From positions 9,001 through 73,000 of the forward strand of contig CADBFO010000007.1 in NCBI GenBank assembly GCA_902794005.1: a stretch of 64,000 nucleotides of DNA, written 5' to 3'. This DNA comes from an uncultured Bacteroidia bacterium. Lineage in GTDB: Bacteria; Bacteroidota; Bacteroidia; Bacteroidales; UBA932. This document shows, piece after piece, positions 9,706 to 18,062 of this stretch (position 1 is the stretch's first letter; each line of letters opens with the position of its first letter). A program made the translations under genes and the position numbers. The notes beneath the pieces are model-generated. The model made no database searches. It saw only the letters and a program-made list of their open reading frames with translations, and was not told the DNA's origin.

Positions 9706-9737
9706 TTCTTGGATTTGGGCTAATACGAAAATATCGG

Positions 9738-10835
9738 CTACTCGGCCAAGAGTTTTTCTATCTGCATCCAGTAGAAAAAGGCTTCGGGACGGAAGATCTT
9801 GATCTTGTTGATGGCAGGGTTGATGGGAGCATTCAATTTGATGGGACGCAGGTCGATGGTAGGATCGTAGTGCAGGATTTCGTTAATGCCCTTCCTGAGC
9901 AGGACAGAGAGATATGCCGCCTTGGAGGCATTGACAATAGCCGAATAATGGTTGTACTTCTCGCTGATGATTAGAGGCCTTATCTGATTGATGCCACGAA
10001 CCAGTTCCTGATATTCGAAACTCTGGTCGTTCTTATAGATGCCAGTGCAGATCAGTTCAGAGGTCTTGTATATATCGGCAAGAATGGGCTGTAGGTCTCC
10101 GCTGTCCATCTGCCTGTAGTCCAGTTCGATGGGCGCAATCTTCTCGAAGGTAGATCTAACTGCACTCAAATCATCAATCCGATCAAATAGGGAGGCCACA
10201 TCGAACAGCTGCTTGATAATTTCCATAGAACAGTGGCGCTCCTCCGGCAATCCACCACGGCCGATGACTTTCTTGATGTACGGAATCCCCGTTGTGTTAG
10301 GCGCGAAAGCCGTCAGCTTGTCACCCAGCAGGTCATCTTTGCTGGGGAGGTTTACCATCAACGGTTCGCCCGCCATCGTCAGGAAAGGACTGACAATGGG
10401 CAACTGCTCGATGCGGGAATACCAAATATCCTCAAACAATACATCCAGAAGAATCTTTTCAGTGGCAGTGTTTGTGACGTAAGAGACCTGATAGAAGCAC
10501 TTGGCGTGGGTCTTTGGTACGTTCGTACGGGAGATACGGTCGGATGGTTTTATTTCTCCGAAGCCGTATTCCTCTGCATAAGGTGCAAGATATGAAATGA
10601 CATCCGTTCCGGGCGGGCAGACAATGTCTATATCGACCGAGATCCGCTGGGCACAAGCGAGTTGCAGCATCAATGCACTACCGCCTTTGAAGAGGAATGG
10701 GCAACCGGAACGGGCCAGGGCTTCCAGCAGGGAGAAGGCCCGGATGGCCTTTTCCATCAGCGTTGGGTCACTGACTTTGTTTATGCGGCAGGATTCAAGA
10801 ATCCATTCCAGACTTCTGCTTTTCGGGTCTATCAT
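9738..10835 (-). CDS. AbiEii-family nucleotidyltransferase toxin (type IV TA / abortive infection)
   Basis: FKGGSAL...RISVDIDI, DKLTAFAP and IIKQLFDV motifs. Confidence 0.9.
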   Translation of the reverse strand: MIDPKSRSLEWILESCRINKVSDPTLMEKAIRAFSLLEALARSGCPFLFKGGSALMLQLACAQRISVDIDIVCPPGTDVISYLAPYAEEYGFGEIKPSDRISRTNVPKTHAKCFYQVSYVTNTATEKILLDVLFEDIWYSRIEQLPIVSPFLTMAGEPLMVNLPSKDDLLGDKLTAFAPNTTGIPYIKKVIGRGGLPEERHCSMEIIKQLFDVASLFDRIDDLSAVRSTFEKIAPIELDYRQMDSGDLQPILADIYKTSELICTGIYKNDQSFEYQELVRGINQIRPLIISEKYNHYSAIVNASKAAYLSVLLRKGINEILHYDPTIDLRPIKLNAPINPAINKIKIFRPEAFFYWMQIEKLLAE

Positions 10836-11560
10836 AGCATTGTCGATTCTATCAGTTTCTTGATTTCTTCTTTCTTGCCTCGGCGTGCGGCGTAGCGGAG
10901 CATAGTCTTTTTGCCGATGCGGTACATCTGGTCGGCGTTCTCATAGATGGTAAAGAGTTCGGAGCCTCGGGCAAACTCAAACTCGGGGACGATGGTGACA
11001 TCGACCAGAATCTTTTCCAGAGAGGCGGTGAATACACCATCCACGCTAATGACCGGAGCCTCCGAAATCAGATCCTTGACCAGGAGCGACGGAGTGCCGG
11101 AAGCGTATAGTCGGTATTCTTTCTCCGTGGGCCGCAGCAGGACTGTCCGCCCGATAGCCATATCACGGACATCTTCATACACAGCCTCTGCCGCTGTGCG
11201 GTCCGTTTCCAGAATCATAACATCGATGCTAGGGACGTGCTGCATAAAAGAAGACACCACCCTGGCCTGCCAGATGCAGAATCCTGCGTAAGGATAGCGC
11301 TCGCTGATGCCGGAGAAAAGCGTCTTCATTTCCGGGCTGATGACCGGAGTATATGGCGGCTTGACGCCTGCACACAGGCGGAACAGCCCGTGTCCGGTCC
11401 GCTCCATCGTTCCAGCAGCCACCATTTGTTGCAGCTCGGTATCCATACTCCGGACTGATCCGTTTGGATAGGCAGATTTAAACCACACCATAAAGTCTTT
11501 CCTTACGAGGATTCCCCCGCGAGATGCCGCATATTTCAATATGATCTCTGCATTCGTCAT
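10832..11560 (-). CDS. AbiEi-like antitoxin (DUF6577-type, wHTH N-terminus)
   Basis: R.GHG.F wing, ASLEKILVD and LRYAARRG. ATGA coupling to abiEii. Confidence 0.82.
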   Translation of the reverse strand: MTNAEIILKYAASRGGILVRKDFMVWFKSAYPNGSVRSMDTELQQMVAAGTMERTGHGLFRLCAGVKPPYTPVISPEMKTLFSGISERYPYAGFCIWQARVVSSFMQHVPSIDVMILETDRTAAEAVYEDVRDMAIGRTVLLRPTEKEYRLYASGTPSLLVKDLISEAPVISVDGVFTASLEKILVDVTIVPEFEFARGSELFTIYENADQMYRIGKKTMLRYAARRGKKEEIKKLIESTML

Positions 11561-11675
11561 ACGGCATCAAAGATACGATGATTTCGGCAAATAATCAAAT
11601 TATTGCCAGAATCATCGTAAAATGTTCTGTTCCGTTCCACTCCTCATGCGGAACAACCGGAACAAATGGAACGGA

Positions 11676-11720
11676 TTTGGTTTTCTCGTACAATGTTTGT
11701 AACTTGCCTAGGGAAGTGAC
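11676..11720 (+). repeat. 45-bp direct repeat copy 3
   Basis: TTTGGTTTTCTCGTACAATGTTTGTAACTTGCCTAGGGAAGTGAC. Confidence 0.92.
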
Positions 11721-11847
11721 GTCGGGCTATAACTGGCAAGATTCTATAAGGCCAAAAATTATAAAAATTTTATCAGTTATATCTTAGGAATTTGAATTAT
11801 TCGATAAATATCTTGGTTATACAAGAGAATTTCTGTAGATTTGCGCT

Positions 11848-13053
11848 ATGGAAATACTTCAAAGACCTGAGTACCTTGCGCAGGTACAGCACTACTTCGG
11901 GAAAGAAACCATCGTCGTCCTTACCGGCCAGCGGCGCGTCGGAAAGAGTTATGTCCTGATGTCCCTGAGGGACCTGCTCTCGGCATCGGATGGCAATAAC
12001 GTCATCTACATCAATAAAGAGAAGAAGGATTGGGACGATATCGTCACCTACAAAGACCTGAACAAATATATCGAGGAGAAATATATTCCGGACAAAAAGA
12101 ACTACATTCTGATTGATGAAGTCCAGGAAATCAAGGAGTTTGAGAAGAGTGTCCGTCACTGGAGGACAGAACCCGGCACCGACCTTGTTCTCACCGGCAG
12201 CAATGCCGAGACGCTTTCCAGCGACTTGTCCACACTGCTGGCGGCCCGGTATCACGAGGTTTACATCCAAGCCCTGACATATACGGATTTCATCCGCTTC
12301 CATAAGCTGGAAGAGGGAGATGAGGCCCTGTCGTTGTTTATCAACGCCGGAGGCCTGCCGGGGCTAGTCAAGTATGACATCCACGATGAAAACGAGGTGT
12401 ATTCTTACGCCCAGGACGTCCTGAACACGGCCCTCGTGAAGGATATCATCCTCAAACACAAAATCAGGAACGTGCCGTTCCTGTACAACCTGGTCCGCTT
12501 CCTTGCGGACAGTACGGGCAAATTGGTATCGGCCACCAGTATTTCGGGCTACATGAAGGGACAGAAGAGCCCTGTATCCATTGAACTGGTACTGAAATAC
12601 TTGAATTACCTTTGCGATGCATATATCGTGACTGCGGTTCAACGTTTCGATATCCGCGGAAAGAAGCTTCTGCAGTCAAACAACAAGTATTACTTCGAAG
12701 ATACCGGTATCCGGAATTCCTGCGTTGAAACCAAGCGGGACAAGGACATTGAAAAAGTCATCGAGAACATCATCTACCATCAGCTCATCCACGACGGATA
12801 CAAAGTCAATGTGGGGCATTTGCTGGCCGGTGAAGTGGATTTCGTGTGCGTCAAAGACAAAAAACGTGTATATGTCCAGGCCTCCTACATCATCGGAAAC
12901 GATGAGACCCGCAAACGCGAATTCGGTGCGCTCAAAGCAATAGCTGACAACTATCCCAAATATGTCATCTCCATGACCCCTTTGGTCGCGCGGACCGACG
13001 ACGAAGGAATTCAGCACCTAAGCCTGCGTGAATTCCTGAAAAACGGGTTGTAA
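11848..13053 (+). CDS. AAA_14 ATPase with DUF4143 C-terminal domain
   Basis: Walker A GQRRVGKS, Walker B ILIDEVQ, TGSN, KYYFEDTG and EVDFV...YVQ. Confidence 0.92.
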   Translation: MEILQRPEYLAQVQHYFGKETIVVLTGQRRVGKSYVLMSLRDLLSASDGNNVIYINKEKKDWDDIVTYKDLNKYIEEKYIPDKKNYILIDEVQEIKEFEKSVRHWRTEPGTDLVLTGSNAETLSSDLSTLLAARYHEVYIQALTYTDFIRFHKLEEGDEALSLFINAGGLPGLVKYDIHDENEVYSYAQDVLNTALVKDIILKHKIRNVPFLYNLVRFLADSTGKLVSATSISGYMKGQKSPVSIELVLKYLNYLCDAYIVTAVQRFDIRGKKLLQSNNKYYFEDTGIRNSCVETKRDKDIEKVIENIIYHQLIHDGYKVNVGHLLAGEVDFVCVKDKKRVYVQASYIIGNDETRKREFGALKAIADNYPKYVISMTPLVARTDDEGIQHLSLREFLKNGL

Positions 13054-13066
13054 ACGCTTGCTTGGT

Positions 13067-13126
13067 TCAACCTTTTGACTCTCAAACTCTTGTTCTGTCG
13101 TTGAAACTCTACACCAGATGATTTTC
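13067..13126 (-). pseudogene. N-terminal fragment of a serine recombinase
   Basis: KIIWCRVSTTEQEFESQK resembles the resolvase catalytic RVST..Q....Q motif, with no continuation. Confidence 0.6.
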
Positions 13127-13232
13127 TCGTCCAGCGAGGTCTGGAGCAGGTATTTGACGTGCATCCTGCGCCGGTGCGCTTGTGCATTGAAAATTACCTT
13201 GGCAAATAGGTCATTGCCGTAATGCAAAACCG

Positions 13233-13400
13233 TTCGTCGGCGGAACGGTCATGGCCCCCGTTACATATGCTTACGATGGACTGGGCAGGCTCCTTTCCAA
13301 GTCAATCGGCTCTTCTGCATCCCAATCAATGAAGTATGACGTCCACAACTGGACAACGTCCCTGTCTGCATCGATAAGCGGTTCGCAGGCTTGTCCTTAA
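13233..13400 (+). pseudogene. Rhs YD-repeat fragment
   Basis: Manual translation FVGGTVMAPVTYAYDGLGRLLSKSIG...MKYDVHNWTTS...*. Confidence 0.7.
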
Positions 13401-13674
13401 AAACGCCAAAATTCAAGTAGGTCAAAATCCGCCTCTGGCGTGGCACTTGATGCCTAAACCCCACTTAGTGCCATATTTTCACGCCTTTTTGTGGCGATCG
13501 CAAATCGCCGGGGAAATTCGGTCATGTGGTACCCCTACCCTCCTGCTATCGTGTGCCCAATTTCCCAAGCGCATCCGGATCCCGGAGTTTAGGCTTAGGT
13601 CTGCCTCACCTCCAAATCTGCCCTTGCCTCCCTCTGGAGTGTAGCCCCGATTATCTCCAGCGTTCCCCCTCACC

Positions 13675-13761
13675 GCTGTCATCGTCCCATCTTTTGGACC
13701 CATGGCAGCATTTTCGGCCCTTTTTGCTGCCATCGTCCCACCTTTTGGACCCATGACAGCA
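13675..13761. repeat. Tandem doublet of ~36-bp palindromic repeats (51-bp period)
   Basis: GCTGTCATCGTCCCATCTTTTGGACCCATGGCAGCA and GCTGCCATCGTCCCACCTTTTGGACCCATGACAGCA. Confidence 0.85.
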
Positions 13762-13877
13762 CTCTGCAAGGGATTTCTCTCTCCCTGTTCCTGCAGCACG
13801 GGCAACAGTCGGACGCAAAGAGAGCCCACCCCGGAACCCTTTTTATGATTCTCCCTGTTGCTTCCGGTCATTCTCAC

Positions 13878-14288
13878 CTAACTTGCAATGGAGAGATATT
13901 CGTTGCCCAGTTTTTCTATGCAGCGCATGATTTCCTGCTCACGCTCCGGGGAGGGTTTCTTGAAGCCATTGATATAACTGCGCATGAGTGAAGCGCTGAA
14001 GCCGAACTTCTGCGCAAAGCCGCTCACGTTGATCTCCGGATGCGTAAGGAAGAAATGCTGGAGGCGGGTGGGCTCGGCATCGGGATAAAGGAAACTCTCG
14101 AAGCTGATGTCCTCGTCAAGATTATGCCAATGGATGCTGATGGTGCTGATTTCGTATTTGGCACGCTGCTCATCCGTTGCTTTCCGAAGTTTGTTATACC
14201 ATAACAAAGACTGACGATAGGTTTTCCCATCGTCTCCCAGACCGTAGATCCAGTCACCTTCGAACCAAATTTTACTTATCGTCTTCAT
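13878..14288 (-). CDS. DUF2442 antitoxin-like protein with C-terminal HTH
   Basis: L.WY.KL..AT.EQR..YE....IHW..LDEDIS DUF2442 pattern, plus INVSGFA..G...SLMRSY..G.KKPS HTH. Confidence 0.85.
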   Translation of the reverse strand: MKTISKIWFEGDWIYGLGDDGKTYRQSLLWYNKLRKATDEQRAKYEISTISIHWHNLDEDISFESFLYPDAEPTRLQHFFLTHPEINVSGFAQKFGFSASLMRSYINGFKKPSPEREQEIMRCIEKLGNEYLSIAS

Positions 14289-14413
14289 CGGCAGTCTTGG
14301 TCCCAATTGAACTTGGCATCTCCGTCGTGTCCGCGCACGTGAACATGAATTGGCTCATGCTCCTTGGAGAAGAACAGAAAGACGAAACCGTATTGTCTGA
14401 ATAATTCTGGCAT
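14285..14413 (-). pseudogene. Truncated DUF4160 toxin-like gene (42 aa)
   Basis: MPELFRQYGFVFLFFSKEHEPIHVHVRGHDGDAKFNW then a stop overlapping the DUF2442 ATG. Confidence 0.8.
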
Positions 14414-14636
14414 TATAAATCTTTTTGCAAACAGTAACAAAAATGAAACCCACAAAAGAAACTGGAATTATTTGCTGTTTCTGCTCAGACACGGAGGTTC
14501 GCAGGTGAGCCTAAAAATATGGCAATTCCCATTCAACCGCCCCATCTGACCGTTCTTCCATAAAATGGAAGGAAACCGTTGCAATTGCGCGGGAAAATGA
14601 CTAATATTGTATGCCAACGAACGAATAACCATTGTT

Positions 14637-16061
14637 ATGAAAAAATGCTTTTTAGCCGTCGCTGCGGGCCTGCTGCTCTTCGCCTGCGCGAAAACAACCC
14701 CCTGTCATCCGGAATGGACTTACCATTCTGTCGTGTACGAAGTGAACATCCGCCAATTCTCCCCCGAAGGTACTTTCAAGGGCGTGGAGGCCCAGCTGCC
14801 CCGTTTGAAGGACCTGGGCGTGGATGTTCTGTGGCTTATGCCCATGTATGAAATTGGAACCGCAGACCGCAAGGGCACCCTGGGCTCCTATTATGCCATC
14901 TCCAACTACAAGAAGGTGAATCCGGAATTCGGCACCATGGAAGACTTCGAGCAGCTGCTTTCCACGGCGCATGCCATGGGATTCAAGGTAATCCTGGACT
15001 GGGTGGCCAACCAGACCGCCCCGGACCATGTCTGGATGCAGGAAAAGCCGGCCGATTTCTACGAGCGTGACGCCCAGGGCAACGCCATCTGGGAATACGA
15101 CTGGACCGACACCCGCAGCCTCAATTATGAAAATCAGGAAGTCTGGCGCGCCCAGGACGACGCCATGCGCTTCTGGCTGGAAAAGGGCGTAGACGGCTTC
15201 CGCTGCGACGCCGCCGGCGAGGTTCCGGCCGATTTCTGGTACAGCATCCTCCCCAAGATGAACAAGGACTATCCGGAGGCCTATCTTCTGGCCGAGGCCG
15301 AGCGCGACAACCTGGCCGATGCGCGTACCACTTTCGATGCCAATTACGCCTGGGAACTGCATCATCTGCTGAACGGTCTTGCCCAGGGCAGCAAGAGCGT
15401 CCGGGACCTCAAGGACTATGTGGCCCGCGATGCCGCCCGTTTCCCCAAGGAGGCCTTCCGTCTCACCTTCACCTCCAACCATGACGAGAACTCCTGGTCC
15501 GGGACCGAGTTTGAACGCGAAGGCAAGGCGGCCGATGCCTGCGCCGTCCTTTGCTTCACCCTTCCCGGCTCCCAGCCGCTCATCTACACCGGCCAGGAAA
15601 TCGGCCTGGACCGCCGTCTGGCCTTCTTCGAGAAAGACCCCATCGTGGACTGGAGTGCCAACGCCTACACCAAGTTCTGGAAGACGCTGGTGGACCTCAA
15701 GCACGGCAACCCGGCCCTGGCGGCAGGGGAAAGAGGCGGCGAAATCAACTGGTGGGATGCTCCGGAAGGCTGGGTGGCCTTTGACCGCCAGGTTAAGGAC
15801 AATATGGTGATTGTGCTGGCCAACTTCGGCATTCCCGTCAAGCAGGAAGCCGCGGAACAAAAGGCCGGGGGCAATGACAACCGCCCTGCCGGTGACGCGG
15901 TAGCGCAGCCTTTCCTGAACCTGGAATCGGCCCCCGTTACCATGACGCTCAATCTGCTCGGAGAATATAAGAATGTATTCACCGGCGCCACCATCAAGAC
16001 TCCGTACGAAATTACGCTGGCTCCGGGCGAGTACATGGTATTAACCAAAATCAACAAATGA
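14637..16061 (+). CDS. GH13 alpha-amylase family lipoprotein
   Basis: Lipobox LFAC, LGSYY, DWVANQ, DGFRCDAA, LAEAE and NHDEN. Confidence 0.92.
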   Translation: MKKCFLAVAAGLLLFACAKTTPCHPEWTYHSVVYEVNIRQFSPEGTFKGVEAQLPRLKDLGVDVLWLMPMYEIGTADRKGTLGSYYAISNYKKVNPEFGTMEDFEQLLSTAHAMGFKVILDWVANQTAPDHVWMQEKPADFYERDAQGNAIWEYDWTDTRSLNYENQEVWRAQDDAMRFWLEKGVDGFRCDAAGEVPADFWYSILPKMNKDYPEAYLLAEAERDNLADARTTFDANYAWELHHLLNGLAQGSKSVRDLKDYVARDAARFPKEAFRLTFTSNHDENSWSGTEFEREGKAADACAVLCFTLPGSQPLIYTGQEIGLDRRLAFFEKDPIVDWSANAYTKFWKTLVDLKHGNPALAAGERGGEINWWDAPEGWVAFDRQVKDNMVIVLANFGIPVKQEAAEQKAGGNDNRPAGDAVAQPFLNLESAPVTMTLNLLGEYKNVFTGATIKTPYEITLAPGEYMVLTKINK

Positions 16062-18034
16062 AAAAGGCCCTTCTGATGGCTGCCGTCGCCCTTTCCGCCG
16101 CCTGTTCGGCCCCACAGGCCCTGAACCCGGCCGATGTGGAAGAAGCGACCACGCAAGTGATGCGCGTGGAGCCCCTCAGCTGGTGGACCGGCATGAAGAC
16201 GGACCTCCAGCTCATGATTCAGGGACCCGGCATCGCCTCGTATGATGTCTCCATCCCCGGAGGTGCTCTCAAGGTGAAGGAAATCCACAAGGCCGACAGT
16301 CCCAACTACCTGTTCGTGGATGTGGAAGTATCGGCCCAGGCCCCGGCAGGCATCTGCTACCTGGTTTTCTCCAAGGAAGGAGAGTCGTTCAAATACCCCT
16401 ATCTCATCCGCGAACGGGAGAAGGGGAGCGCCGCCCGCGGGAGCTTCACGGTGGCCGATATGATTTACCTCATCATGCCGGACCGCTTTGCATCGGCTTT
16501 CGGGGACAATGACGAGGCCTGGCAGGGCGGGGAGTATTTTGACGGATCGGCCCGTCCCTGGACGGTGCCTCCAACGCCCGACAAGGTGGACCGCCAGGAC
16601 GCGGTGGCCCGCCACGGAGGGGACATCCAGGGCATGATCAACCACTTGGACTATATCGCCGACCTGGGCGCCACGGCCATCTGGTGTACGCCGCTTCTGC
16701 TGGACAACCAGCCCCGCGAAAGTTACCACGGCTATGCCTGTGCCGACTATTATCACATCGACCCCCGCTTCGGGGACAACGAGCACTACAAGACTTTCGT
16801 GGCCAAGGCGCATGAGAAGGGGCTCAAGGTGATTATGGATATTGTGACCAACCACTGCGGCACCGCCCACTGGTGGATGGAAGAGCCTCCCTTCAAGGAC
16901 TGGTACCATGTGAGCGAGCCCTATATGCAGATGAACGCGCTCTTCTCCGTCTATATGGACCCGCACGCCTCCGTGCGGGACCGGGAGCGCCAGGAGAGCG
17001 GCTGGTTCGTCCCTTCCATGCCGGACATGAACCTGGACAATCCTTTCGTGCTCAAATATTTCCAGCAGTGGGCCGTCTGGTGGATCGAGTATGCCGGCCT
17101 GGACGGTCTCCGGGTGGATACTTATCCCTACAACGAACCGGAGCCCATGTCGGCCTGGTGCAAGGCCGTTACGGACGAGTATCCGGGCTTGAACATCGTA
17201 GGGGAGTGCTGGGACATGAACATCCCGCAGGTGGCCTATTGGCAGAAGGACAATCCCAACAGGAACGGATTCAACTCCAATCTGCCTTCCATCATGGACT
17301 TCCCGCTGCAGCAGGCCCTGCTGCGCGCCCTCAATGAAGACCAGGTGTTCTGGGACGAGGGCATGACGCGCATCTATTCCGTGCTGGCGCAGGATTTTGC
17401 CTATCAGGACCTTACCCACATGATGACCTTTTTCGCCAACCACGACCATGCCCGCACGGGGGATGTCCTGCGGAACGACCCCGCCCGCATGAAACTGGCC
17501 CTGACGCTGCTGGCTACCCTCCGGGGCATACCGCAGCTGTATTATGGCGACGAAATGATGTTCCTGGAAAGGAAAGACTGCCCGCCGCACGACGGTGCCA
17601 AGCGCATCGACTTCCCGGGCGGCTGGGAAGGGGACGGCTGCGACCTGTTCACCGCCGCCGGGCGTGCATCGGCCCCGGAAATGTATGCCACGGCGGCCGA
17701 ACTGCACGATTACACCCGCACCCTCTTCCGCTGGCGCAAGGGCTGCAAGGCCGTGCAGGAGGGGAAGACGCTGCATTTCCTGTCCCGCCGCAACGAAGGG
17801 GCGCGCAACATCACGGACAACACCTACGGCTTCTTCCGTTACACGGACACGGATGCCGTCTTTGTGTATATCAACAATACTTCCGAGCCCCGCACCTTGG
17901 ACTGGAACCACTACCGGGAGTTTGTCACGGGGGCCGTCACCGGGACGGAAGTCCTGAGCGGGGAGACCGTCACCCTGAAGGACGGCTTCTCCGTGGCGCC
18001 CAAGAGTGCCATTATCGTAGAATTCAAACGCTGA
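16058..18034 (+). CDS. SusA-like neopullulanase/cyclomaltodextrinase (GH13)
   Basis: RVEPLSWW N-domain, YLIMPDRF, HGGD, YHGY, DGLRVDTYPY, ANHD and GIPQLYYGDE. Confidence 0.93.
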   Translation: MKKALLMAAVALSAACSAPQALNPADVEEATTQVMRVEPLSWWTGMKTDLQLMIQGPGIASYDVSIPGGALKVKEIHKADSPNYLFVDVEVSAQAPAGICYLVFSKEGESFKYPYLIREREKGSAARGSFTVADMIYLIMPDRFASAFGDNDEAWQGGEYFDGSARPWTVPPTPDKVDRQDAVARHGGDIQGMINHLDYIADLGATAIWCTPLLLDNQPRESYHGYACADYYHIDPRFGDNEHYKTFVAKAHEKGLKVIMDIVTNHCGTAHWWMEEPPFKDWYHVSEPYMQMNALFSVYMDPHASVRDRERQESGWFVPSMPDMNLDNPFVLKYFQQWAVWWIEYAGLDGLRVDTYPYNEPEPMSAWCKAVTDEYPGLNIVGECWDMNIPQVAYWQKDNPNRNGFNSNLPSIMDFPLQQALLRALNEDQVFWDEGMTRIYSVLAQDFAYQDLTHMMTFFANHDHARTGDVLRNDPARMKLALTLLATLRGIPQLYYGDEMMFLERKDCPPHDGAKRIDFPGGWEGDGCDLFTAAGRASAPEMYATAAELHDYTRTLFRWRKGCKAVQEGKTLHFLSRRNEGARNITDNTYGFFRYTDTDAVFVYINNTSEPRTLDWNHYREFVTGAVTGTEVLSGETVTLKDGFSVAPKSAIIVEFKR

Positions 18035-18062
18035 AACATCAACATCCTGCCATAATTTGTTC

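Noticed and set aside
6393-11720. 45-bp repeats as a CRISPR array, dif/Xer sites or attC sites
   Set aside because: Spacing is kilobase-scale, there are no cas or integrase genes, no XerD arm (TTATGTTAAAT) and no attC-like palindrome. The repeat translates as an Rhs motif.
13675-13761. 36-bp repeats as a mini-CRISPR
   Set aside because: Only two imperfect copies with a 15-bp gap and no cas genes.
14571-14590. Possible LacI-type operator upstream of the amylase genes
   Set aside because: Single weak match with no regulator gene in the window.
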